Origin: Nemertoderma westbladi
Taxonomy: Eukaryota; Animalia; Xenacoelomorpha
Direction: 5' to 3'
Assembly: GCA_032718475.1 (NCBI GenBank)
Contig: JAUCBJ010007520.1
Span: 33,800-97,799 of the forward strand
Length of the DNA: 64,000 bases
In this document: positions 12,200 through 22,720 of the stretch, piece by piece
Layout: the number at the start of each line of letters is the position of its first letter
Position numbering within the stretch: position 1 is the first letter of the stretch
The notes under the pieces: model-generated
What the model was told of the DNA's origin: nothing
The model's input: only the letters and a program-made list of their open reading frames with translations
The model's database searches: none
Translations under genes and position numbers: made by a program

Positions 12200-12775
12200 T
12201 TGTACAGACAATTTGTAGGCTGAGCTGTTGTCTGATTGCTGTTAAGTCCGAACGAATTGCAGTGTGTGTAGATCACCTGTCCGATTAAGTACGATTAGGC
12301 AGTAGGGGCAGCGAACGCTGTAAGGTAATCCCCCAACTAAAGAATAAGTCGCACTACTGGGTTAGAGCGCATACTCCCTAATCATTTCGGAGTCTGCATG
12401 TCCTGTGGTTTATTTAGGCTTGAGAGTGGTCTGCCATCGTTTAGTCTGTACTTTGTTTGTGTAAGTCTGTACGGGTAGCGTATAATTTTATTTAGATAAT
12501 TTGTAGGCTGGATAGTTGTCTGGCTGTTATTAGGTCTGAACGGATTGCCGCGTGTGTAGATCATCTGTCCGATTAAGTACGATTAGGCAGTAGGGGCAGC
12601 GAACGCTGTAAGGTAATCCCCCAACTAAAGAATAAGTCGCACTACTGGGTTAGAGCGCATACTCCCTAATCATTTCGGAGTCTGCATATACCGTAGTTTG
12701 TTTAGGCTTGATGGTAGTCTGTCAGTGTTCGGTCTGTATTTTGTTTGAGTAGTTTGTACGCGTAGCGTAATATTT
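12200..12775. repeat. Direct duplication (period about 288 bp) in the 5' leader of element A
   Basis: GATCA[C/T]CTGTCCGATTAAGTACGATTAGGCAGTAGGGGCAGCG... at 12271 and 12559. Confidence 0.9.
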
Positions 12776-14101
12776 ATTATTCGGAGTTTATGCGATTAGT
12801 CGCAACATTCAAGTCCCCAAGTTTGTTCCTACAGTAATTGTGTTTGTTATACATACCGCTATAGTTAAATTAACCCCGGTACTACACGGGCTGCTCGGCG
12901 TAGGTAAAGACTGGTGATTTTGTGCATCGGTCACTCCAGCAGATGCCGTGGTTCTTTTAGCTGTTCAAGTATATTTAACTACTGATTGTCTGTTATATAA
13001 GTACTCGTACCTAATTTAGGGTTTAGTGTACAGTACTTTCCGAAGTAATTATTGTAGACATTATATTTGTGTTGTAAAGTGGTTGATAGGCACATTCGAT
13101 TAGCTCTATTAACTTCTAGGGAGGAACACTCCGTGATACATAACGTAGAACCTATAGCGATACGGCTATAGGTCGTCAGGCGGTGGTATTTTCCTATCTG
13201 GACAACGCAGTGTATTTACTACTACTTATTATTTCAAATACCGTAGTACCCTGTCCGTTGTAATAACCGGTTTTCTAACCCTTTGTTAGGCTGGTTTGTA
13301 GACTTCTTGTAAAATTACCCTAAAAATTCGTATTTTGTGTTTTTTGTAAATTTTTGTGTTTATTTAGAGATTGTAATCTCAACCCGAATTGTACGTAATT
13401 TGTAGTATAAGTAACTTAGGTAAATTAGTATTATTTGTTTTAGTGTCTCATAAGTAACACTTCACTGAAAGCGCACCGCTTTGTGTAGTGATTACTCCCC
13501 AGAAATAATAACATTTATTTCAAACATTGACAAAACCCATTAAAACGGGTATATATATATTATAAATCAAATCTAAAGATTTATAAATAGTAGGCCTACC
13601 ATACAACCATTAGGTCTTAATATCAGTTGGATTACTGCTTAAATAACGGTAATAAAGTAAGTTAAAGTAACCAAGTAACCCTAAAGTAACAGAAATTCAA
13701 TTATTTGAAACAATTGATATACCGGTATTTACGATAGGCCTATTATCTTTATTTCTATAAATCTAGGCTGAAATTATACCGGTACTTGTAATTAATTCTA
13801 TTTCAGAATTATATATACTATAAACTGTAAGCTGTATACCGGTATTCCGATAGGCCTATTATATATTTATATATATTTTGTGCTAAAATTATACCGGTAT
13901 TCGGAGATAAACCTAGTCTGTAATAATACTTATATAGTTATATATACTATAAGTATACCGGTATTCTAATATATTATATATATATCACGCTACACTGAGT
14001 AGCAGTAACGGTAATTAATTACTAGGCTAGCAGTTAATACTGAGTTACTAGACTTGCTCAGACTGTAATACAGCAGTAGACATTCAACTGTACACACAAA
14101 C

Positions 14102-17100
14102 ATGTCTGACGCAAAGCAGAACCTGTCAGACAGTCTACTAGATACAATGGATATCCTGCTCGGGCAGATGCAGGAGACTGTCCTGCAATTCAAGGGCACA
14201 GTAAGGGAAAGTAGGCTGGAGTTGCAAGAAGTGCAGCAAAGTATCGCGCTTGAACGCGATAAATTAGTAAATACCCAAAAGGGTATACCACCACCCTCTG
14301 TAACAATGTGTCAACCTGTTAGGTCTGAAGTATCTCATGCGCAAGGTGTGGAGCCTACACGCATCTATACTGCTAGCGAAGTAGAAACTCCTATAGTGAA
14401 CCCTATTAAGGGTAATTATAGACCTGTTGATAATGATATTCCATATAGAACTGATCATAATCCGAGAAATTTATATGCCGATAACTCGATATTAAATAGC
14501 ACGATGGCCCAAGAAAGTTTTACGCGTCAAATGGCTAGAACCGAAGCCCGGCAAGCGGTAAAGGTGGGAGAGATCGTTAAGTTCAATGGAGATGAGATGA
14601 AATGGTTACCTTTTAATGAATATTACAAAGATAACATACAGAACTCCGTACTATCTAATGGAGAAAAACTTAGATACCTCATCGAGTGCTTGGAAGGATC
14701 TCCCAAGTCAATGGCGTTAAAATTTATTGGACATCCAGATGGATTAAGACAAGTTTGGGATACACTAAACATCAGGTATGGTAATAGGAATGACATAGCT
14801 GGGTATTTGTATGCAAAATTAATGGCGCCCCGAAAGTTTCTTAGCAGCGGGATTATAGAGTTTTCCGATGAGATTCAGGAGATCTGTAGACAATTAGATT
14901 GGCTAGGTAAGTCTCATGAATACCAGAATTCTATGGTTGTAAGAGCCTTAGCATCTGCTTTGCCCAAGGGTGGAGTAGGTACACGCTGGGATAAGAAGGT
15001 GTTATATATGATGGAACAACAACGACGAGACCCTACCATGACTGATCTCATGTCATTCTTAGATAGAGAAGTGAAATTACAGCTCCTAAGGCAGTCCAGA
15101 GAGAAGACATTGGAAAACAAGGTAAGTGAGAAACCCGTTTCTAGGAGAAGGGTAACACCAGTATGTTATACCGACGACGGTGAAAGCCAAACCTCTCAAG
15201 GAGAGGACAGCGGGAAAGACACTGACAGACCTTATTATGTCAATAAAATGCCTAAAGAACAGGTAAGTAAATCCAAGTCTCGACCCAATGACAGAAGGGA
15301 ACCGATACAAAAAACCCCTCCTACGTCTCCTAAAGGAATTCAGGTGAGAAAGCCCGAGGAAATAACAAGTGTGCACCACATAGCACAGGTTAAAGTAAGT
15401 AACATCAAGCCGAAATGTGTGCTGTGCGACGGGCCCCACCGTTTAAATGCGTGTGATAAATTCCTGAGGAAATCACTCGAGGATAGACGTGAAGTCATGT
15501 GGGATAAGCGGTTGTGTTATAATTGCCTCAGACGAGGACACCAACGGCGAACCTGTAACTCCGATGCAAGGTGTGCAAAGTGCGGCGCAAAACATCATAT
15601 CTTGTTGCACACGGAATTCGAACGAAACAGCCCGAGTCAGGTAAGTGAGTCCGAACTACATGTCCAATTCAGTGATGTGAACGACACTGATCAATCTGAG
15701 ATGGAAGGATTCTATACGGACGAGTTCTCCGACCAAAACGAATCCTGTTACCTAATAAACACCACCGCAGTGTATCGAGCACTTGTGTATGAGAAAGACA
15801 CAGACAGCGACCTTACCTTAACTACTTCCGATCAACAACCATCTTGGAAAGCGCCAACTTCCAATATAGGAATCCGAGAATTTCCTGTAGTCCAGTTACG
15901 GGTCCACGGACCTCAGAAGAGCTATATAGTGAACGCCCTCCTGGACTCCGGTAGCACAGGAACATTCATCGATAGGGAACTAGCCGAAGTCATCTTTGCT
16001 GGACAACCCAAGTTCCGAACCAAGCTAAACCTGTCAGGGATCATGCAGGTTTGGAATTCTACTGTAGCTGCCGACTATTATATAGGTGAGTTGTCCACCC
16101 CCCAGGACGAACTAGGAGAACATAGCATAAGGTCAGTGAAAATGGTGGCTATAAAGAACTTCGCTACTACTCAAGCAGACCTTTATAATTGGGACGAGGA
16201 TGAGAGCATCCGACATCTTAACATACCTCGATTCCAGACAGATTATCCTGGAGTGCAAATACTCATCGGCCAAAACGCGCATGAGGCGCTGGAGACATTA
16301 GAGAAACGGCCTGCTCAACCGCAGCCCCTACAGACCTATGCGGTAAGAACTAGAGTAGGTTGGTACCTTGCTGGACCTTCCCGTAGAACGCTCAGGGAAA
16401 GACTGCTTCAAGATCGCGTCTGCCAGGTGAGTGAATGGGAAGATGATACTAGTGAGGGAGACGACCCAACTGAGGGAACACCACACTCCTCAGATAATGA
16501 CAATCTTAGCTCCAATGTAGATCAATGGAGATATTGCCCCAAGAAGTTTAATCCAACAGACATCGCTTCCAGAGGAGCAACTCCTCAAGAACTGACAGAT
16601 ACTACAGACCGGTTAGGTGAACCCGACTTCCTGAGTAAGGAGAATGAATGGCCTCCCCATCTTACTCCGACTGAGATTAGACCAGCCAAGGGAGCGGAGA
16701 AAGTCGAACCTGAAACCCGGACGGGTGGATCGGAGTTATTTGAACCCGGGATAGATCTGTCGGTATTACATGTTGCCAGGGACGACGCCGTGGATCTGGG
16801 CCTCCCCTCCGCGAGTGGATCCTTCATGAAGATCAGAGAGAGCGATTGGAGCTCTGGAACATCAGACGTCTCGCAGGGACTCTCACCTCTCCTGCAGAGA
16901 GCGACGGACCACTATAGCTCCTGGAATCGGCTTTGTGACGCCGTCATATACTTTGAGCAATGTTTCTATCGTCACTATTCCAGGACGAAGAGGAAACCTG
17001 GAATTGTATTCAGGATGCAGCGACTCAATCACCCAGTCGGTCGTTTGTGTTTATCGGAAGGGAATGGAGGACTCTCCGGAAACTGTGGAAGGCAAGATTC

Positions 17101-17155
17101 TCTTCCCACGACCACCTCCCTAATCCTTCAAACATCTAGGGACTCCATAACGTAA
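14102..17155 (+). CDS. BEL/Pao Gag-protease polyprotein (1017 aa) ending in an RNase H C-terminal remnant
   Basis: DUF1759-type Gag (FNGDEMKWLPF...EKLRYLIECLEG), three knuckles (CVLCDGPH, CYNCLRRGH, CAKCGAKHHILLH), protease LLDSGS, TRVGWYLAGP, then QWRYCPKKFNPTDIASRG; no YxDD or integrase. Confidence 0.9.
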   Translation: MSDAKQNLSDSLLDTMDILLGQMQETVLQFKGTVRESRLELQEVQQSIALERDKLVNTQKGIPPPSVTMCQPVRSEVSHAQGVEPTRIYTASEVETPIVNPIKGNYRPVDNDIPYRTDHNPRNLYADNSILNSTMAQESFTRQMARTEARQAVKVGEIVKFNGDEMKWLPFNEYYKDNIQNSVLSNGEKLRYLIECLEGSPKSMALKFIGHPDGLRQVWDTLNIRYGNRNDIAGYLYAKLMAPRKFLSSGIIEFSDEIQEICRQLDWLGKSHEYQNSMVVRALASALPKGGVGTRWDKKVLYMMEQQRRDPTMTDLMSFLDREVKLQLLRQSREKTLENKVSEKPVSRRRVTPVCYTDDGESQTSQGEDSGKDTDRPYYVNKMPKEQVSKSKSRPNDRREPIQKTPPTSPKGIQVRKPEEITSVHHIAQVKVSNIKPKCVLCDGPHRLNACDKFLRKSLEDRREVMWDKRLCYNCLRRGHQRRTCNSDARCAKCGAKHHILLHTEFERNSPSQVSESELHVQFSDVNDTDQSEMEGFYTDEFSDQNESCYLINTTAVYRALVYEKDTDSDLTLTTSDQQPSWKAPTSNIGIREFPVVQLRVHGPQKSYIVNALLDSGSTGTFIDRELAEVIFAGQPKFRTKLNLSGIMQVWNSTVAADYYIGELSTPQDELGEHSIRSVKMVAIKNFATTQADLYNWDEDESIRHLNIPRFQTDYPGVQILIGQNAHEALETLEKRPAQPQPLQTYAVRTRVGWYLAGPSRRTLRERLLQDRVCQVSEWEDDTSEGDDPTEGTPHSSDNDNLSSNVDQWRYCPKKFNPTDIASRGATPQELTDTTDRLGEPDFLSKENEWPPHLTPTEIRPAKGAEKVEPETRTGGSELFEPGIDLSVLHVARDDAVDLGLPSASGSFMKIRESDWSSGTSDVSQGLSPLLQRATDHYSSWNRLCDAVIYFEQCFYRHYSRTKRKPGIVFRMQRLNHPVGRLCLSEGNGGLSGNCGRQDSLPTTTSLILQTSRDSIT

Positions 17156-17699
17156 CAACATATGGAGTGGGTGTGTGACTCTATTATTTTATATTATTTT
17201 ATTATTTTTATATTTATGTATGTATTACTATGTAATTCTATTATAATCGTTTTCTTTAATTTTATTCAGTAGAATGTTATTTTAGCGATTATTTAGTAGA
17301 TTAGTGCAATATATATTCGCGTTTATTACTTAATTACGTATATATTATATTTAATGCGACGGCAAGAAATAATTCTTTTCCTTCTTCCTTACTGTCCGTA
17401 TTACATTACAAATACGTAACTACAGTAAGATGAAATGTCCGTACTTATTAAAGTACAATAAAGCCACTACTATATTCAAGTATTATTGGTAGGCAGAGTA
17501 TTAGGAATGCAAAGTTCAGATCCTCGTGTCTCGGCTAAACCAAGCTCTGGGTAGACCTTGGAAACGACTTGCCTCTTCACACTGACATTGCTTCGTGCGA
17601 TATTGCTCTCATACCGTATATTAAATAATACATATAGTAGCGTGATGTCCCTTTAACAGTAGCGTATAACGCAAAATAAATCTGTTAAACCCTTTGACC

Positions 17700-17995
17700 A
17701 TCTGTAATTCTAGTCGATTAAGATATCGCGGCACCCACCGATATACTTGAAAGACAAATTCTAGAATCAGTGGTTAACGTCCCCAGACAAGTTCTGGAAT
17801 AAATCGGTGCCCATCTCAAATATTAATTATTTAATATTTGCAAATCTAATAAATCAAAATCTGTAAAATTCAGATCCTTCAGCAATTCTAGTCAATTAAG
17901 ATATCGTAGCATTTACCGATATTCTTAAAAAGACAATTGTCATAGAATTAAGGATCTTGTGTCCCCAGACATATTCTAGAATCAAAATATGTCAA
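17700..17995. repeat. Diverged direct repeat (period about 179 bp) between the ORFs of element A
   Basis: AATTCTAGTC[G/A]ATTAAGATATCG...GTCCCCAGACA near 17706 and 17884. Confidence 0.75.
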
Positions 17996-18812
17996 TTTAA
18001 TTATCAAATAATAAAATTTCAGGGAATAAATTTAAATTCATGCCTTTTAATGAATTTAATAAATTGCCATTTTTACGCAATTTATAACATTCCCAAAATT
18101 CCATTAATTAATAGATCAAGGGAGCGGAGATTTATCTTATTATGTGTATGAGTGTGCGAAAGTCTCCCAAACATAGTCAATAGCCGATAAAATTCATAAA
18201 GTCATGTATAAAACAGAACATTGACTATTAAAGAATACTATTAAATAACATCCCAGATCTGTATGCATTGGAATTGCTCTAATTCTACCGCTAGCTTTGC
18301 ATAATGTCACCATAGCAACAACCACGCTAGAATTAGAATTGAGTTAAAAGAACAATAGAAAGCTTGTCCCATTGAATAGCATAGGGAATAAATAGTGCAC
18401 TGATAGTATCCAAGGATACATAATAATACAGTGACATTCTGGAAGGCATTGACTAACGGACAAGTGACCCGAGTGTGTGTAATTTGTGACAAGTTGTGTG
18501 TGTGGTATTTGAGAGTTTATAGGCGAATGTTACTACTAAGGTGTGTTTACAGTAGCTAGTCGCAATCGTAAAAGTAACCTAACTCTCCAAGGAAAACCTG
18601 AAGTACATCTAAGCCTTTGGGACGGACAGTTGAGTGACTTGTGCCGGTTGTCGTTGTCGTTGTGCGGCTACGTCGTTGGCGAAAGTACAGAGGCGACGAC
18701 ACATCGGCGCTGAGGATCTCGTACTGTCCGGGGGTTAATTGGGGTAGTCAGCGACGCTCGCTAGCCTAAATATAAACTCCTTATAATATGGATAAACTCA
18801 TATATAGCAGAT

Positions 18813-19505
18813 ATGACGGAGTTGATAGAAGATGGTCTTGGTATCGGGGAGCGATATACTCTACTTTTACAAGCGTTTGTTGATAGCTTAATACGCGGCG
18901 ACGTTAGTCCAACTGCTGCGGAGGACGATGGTCGTTATGTCAAACCGACAATGTCCCAAGTGCAGCTCTCGCGAGAGTTGGACTATAGAAAATTCGCTGC
19001 TCGATATACGCAGCGTAATGGTACGTATATGGGCTTCTTAACTACTGGTCATCCTATCGATTTACACGATACGGACAATGTCGACACCAAAAGGGAAATG
19101 GTACGATTGAAATATCCTACCCAGCGGAGGCGGAACGATAAACCGAGAATGGAACACGAGAATTCTATTCGAAACAGACTCGAAAGAGAAGACGTTGAGG
19201 AGCCGGATAAACGCAGCGACTTCAACGATTATCTGGAATTCCTGATAGAAACATATCTCAATATTGCCAGTCAACCAAATCTAGAAACTCGATATCCTCA
19301 AGGTATACATCATGACCGCATGGTAGAACTCAAACGGCTCAATTCCCCTATGATGTATCTTACCGCCGATCGACCGCTACCTGTTGTACCGAATAGCTTC
19401 GAACGGATGGAGGAATATTGTAAGCTGGAGAAAGATCACTCGCGTTTCCCCTACAAGACGTACGTTTTTGGGTATTATTACGATAAATGCCCTAGACCCA
19501 ACTAA
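18813..19505 (+). CDS. Accessory ORF of element A, unknown function (230 aa; probably once extended to ~20284)
   Basis: ATG-initiated ORF between gag-pro and the 3' LTR; downstream broken frames end in ...LKKLRKRRLRKKD*. Confidence 0.55.
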   Translation: MTELIEDGLGIGERYTLLLQAFVDSLIRGDVSPTAAEDDGRYVKPTMSQVQLSRELDYRKFAARYTQRNGTYMGFLTTGHPIDLHDTDNVDTKREMVRLKYPTQRRRNDKPRMEHENSIRNRLEREDVEEPDKRSDFNDYLEFLIETYLNIASQPNLETRYPQGIHHDRMVELKRLNSPMMYLTADRPLPVVPNSFERMEEYCKLEKDHSRFPYKTYVFGYYYDKCPRPN

Positions 19506-20363
19506 TAAACGGAAAGACATAAACATCCACGTAAACCGAAACTTGTTGACGTATCACCTATGCTCACTCGGCTCGAACGATCCTGGAGTAAACCTACGAT
19601 CAGAGTCCCGGAATACTCGGTCAAACCTCCTCATTCCTTAGTTGGACCTCAGACCTGCGATCCTGGTGGTGTCGCGGATCCTCGCGGACTGTATTCACTG
19701 TTCAAAGATCTAGTGCTACCCTAACAATTAATCGGTAACACTCCGACAGTGATTTCTAGCTAGCCGCCCATCTTACCTAGCCGGATTGTGACGCGGACAC
19801 CTAATATCACTATCCAACCGTATGGTCGTCCACGTTTAACGCGATACAACCCCTCATCAAGGTGAAGGAGAGCGTTGTACGAAACGAGTTAAACGCTATT
19901 CTATAAAGATCAAAAGGGAAACCTGCGTTTGTTCAGATAAACGTAAGTTATAACAGTAAGTCCAATCGATAAACGAATTGGCCTTATCTCAATTCGATTG
20001 GGAAATCCAGAATCTCTAAGAAGTTATCGAACTTGGACGATCCTATTCTCTGCGAGAGTTTTTGGATGAACGTATCCAGCTACGAGCGGAGGAAAATCAG
20101 CTCGAGGAGAAGCATATCGAAACGGCAGATACCTCGACCATAAACCTACACCTTCTGATGCAATCATATTGCACCCTTCACCCAGGAGTTATGGCCCTCC
20201 TAGTAAAGTGGCTCCCCCCAAAGAGAAAAAGACTCTTGCTAGCCTCAAAAAACTGCGTAAACGCCGTCTGCGTAAGAAAGACTAACTGTTTAGAGTATCT
20301 TTATATTTTAGAAACTGTGATTTTGTATATTTTATAGACTTAAATCCCATTTTCTGGGAGCGG

Positions 20364-21578
20364 TGTAAAAGCTTTTGCTGAATTGTCCGGTTATTTTTCC
20401 TTATTTTTCCCGTAAAATACTCTGTAGTTGGTTTACCAGGCATAAAAAGGCCGTGTCCTTGCTGTACTGGTGTTTTAGCGGACATAAAAGCTATTTCTTC
20501 TGTATTTGTACTTTAGAGGACATAATCCGTAATTCCGTGACGTAAAAGCTCGATACTCTTGAAAACAGTGTCGCTACCATGACGACGGCTAGCAGCTGAT
20601 ATTGCCACGTCGACGTTTCTTTGTTTCTCTGTTCTCTCGTTGTTCAGGTTGACCAATCAGAGCGTTTGTTATCTCTGTGTTGGAGGTATATACAGAAACT
20701 CAGTAGTTCAGTGTTATGTTTTTCCCCAGAGCCTAAGAACCGGCTTTGGCACCTCCGTGTTTCAGTTTTTAGTCTTACACTAGTAGGTTTAATTATAAAG
20801 GGCATATATCCTTTAACTGACCTGACTCATGGAATCACTGCTAACTGATCATACATACTGACTGCTGAAACATTGCAAACTCATAACAATCAGTGTTTTC
20901 ATTGTTGTTTTATACTGCTATTTACCGTCAGTTCTTCATAATATGGTTGATGAATTATTATATTTGGAATAACGATAAATAACCCCGAAACCCAATATTC
21001 TTGATATACCGAAGGTAAGAGAGAAGGGTTACAGATAAACGATTGTGACTTATGTTAAAGTGGTTTGAAGTGAATCTAATGTTATTTGATAGACCCTACA
21101 TGAGTCAGTCTGTGTTCCTTTTATATGTGACTAAAATCAGTGAAGATTGGCATATTAGTGTGCAGTATTGTGCAGCATTGTGTATGAGTGAGTCTGTTAA
21201 AGAAGCAATTCCTAAAGAATGCGCCATATATGTGAATTATAATTAAGCCATATCGTTGTGAGTAGTTTAAGTCATAACTCTGTTTATATAGATAAAGCGC
21301 CACGTCCTAAAGGAACTGTTAATATTACCGAAGGTGAATAATATTGTCAGAGATTATATAGTACTGTCAGTCGAATAATACATTAGGCTTACATAGCAAT
21401 AAAATTAAACCGTCGAACCCAATCTCCCGGGAATATCCAGCGGGTGAATGATCGCGCACAGATTGGTTTCGACTAGTGTAGTGAATCAAATACTTGTCAT
21501 AGACTAAAAACCGATTTAATATCTAGAAGACATCTTAATTTGGTGGGTTAAACTGCCAAAGGTCTGAAAGCGCGAACA
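20364..21578 (+). repeat. 3' LTR of element A
   Basis: Copy of 10699..11913 at offset 9665. Confidence 0.95.
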
Positions 21579-22188
21579 GTTTCACACCAGTACTATATAT
21601 ATGAAGTTACTATCTAGCTAGATTTCCCTTAAAAATAATATCCTCTCATTGGTAATGGTAATCAATCACTCAGTGCTGGATCAATGTTGTACAAACAATA
21701 AAAAGCAATAAGTCAGTCTCATGCACATCATAAAGAATAACTATTTAAGTAGTTGTAGAAAAGTATGCTCTTTTTGCCTACTGTAAAATAATAAAGAAAG
21801 ACAAAAAATGTTGTTTCTTTTTGCCACCACTTAATGTAATTTTATTTGTTGAAAGTAATTTGAAAAGAATAAAAACAAAAAAAATATCTTCCATCGAAGC
21901 GTCTTCCGCAGTGAAATAACTAAAGCAAAAGCGAAATAGTAAAATGGGTAATATGGCTATTATAATATTATAATATTCTAGAATAATAAATATCATGTGG
22001 AAACCATTAGCGCTATCTATTTAAATTCAATAATATTTATTAATGTCATGGAAATTACTTTGAAATTTAATTCGAACATTATGTTTTTTGTTGACAAAAA
22101 AGTGCTATTTTTGTCAAACTTGTTAATGAATTTGACAAAAAAAAGTGACTTAAATCAAATACATAAACTTAAAAAAGATCTTACATAC

Positions 22189-22314
22189 CTATACAGCTGC
22201 CCACGCTTTCATGCGTCATGTATAAACAATCACATTGGTAACCGCCATCTAAGTTAGTACAATTAGATATTGTCAGATTACATAGATGTGTGTTGCTTTC
22301 ACATTCATCTACAT
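22189..22314 (-). CDS. Host exon, calcium-binding EGF domain (126 nt, phase 1-1)
   Basis: DVDECESNTHLCNLTISNCTNLDGGYQCDCLYMTHESVGSCI; acceptor ttttag|, donor |gtatgt. Confidence 0.9.
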
Positions 22315-22454
22315 CTAAAAAATAAGAAAATAATTTATTAGTAATTAACTGATTTTTTACACCCATGCAAACCATAAAAAGCATAAAATAATAAATAAAT
22401 AAATAAAATATATTAATAAGTATATAATAATGAAATAAAATTGTATGAATTATA

Positions 22455-22720
22455 ATAAAATATGACGCTTTGATAAGTTTTTCACTGCTGAGTTGTCTAG
22501 GTTTAGAAGCTTGAATATCGGCTGTGATAATGTGATGCACGGTGTCGGACACTGATGCATGGTGTCGGATTCAGGTGGACCCATGAAAGTTGTATCATGG
22601 TTAAAAATATCGGAGAAATCGTTCAGTAGTTTCTCCAGAGGGGGGTTTTCTTGAGAACTTGTGACTTCAATAATATTTAGACTTTGAGAAGAAGAGTTAT
22701 TGAGTGTTTGCCTGAGCTTT
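22455..22720 (-). mobile_element. Decayed Ty3/Gypsy pol fragment (protease-RT linker)
   Basis: LEKLLNDFSDIF...VHHIITADIQASKPRQLSSEKLIKA resembles the Gypsy linker before RT. Confidence 0.45.

Larger units (their letters stand above)
10699..21578 (+). mobile_element. BEL/Pao LTR retrotransposon A: young, non-autonomous (gag-protease plus accessory ORF; no RT or integrase)
   Basis: Two 1215-bp TG...CA LTRs with only 2 differences I could find; TSD GTTTC (10694-10698, 21579-21583); PPT GGGAGCGG 20356-20363; BEL-type Gag. Confidence 0.95.

Noticed and set aside
22181-22552. 123-aa ORF as a Gypsy-EGF fusion protein
   Set aside because: It reads through AT-rich intron; the EGF part is bounded by its own AG/GT splice sites
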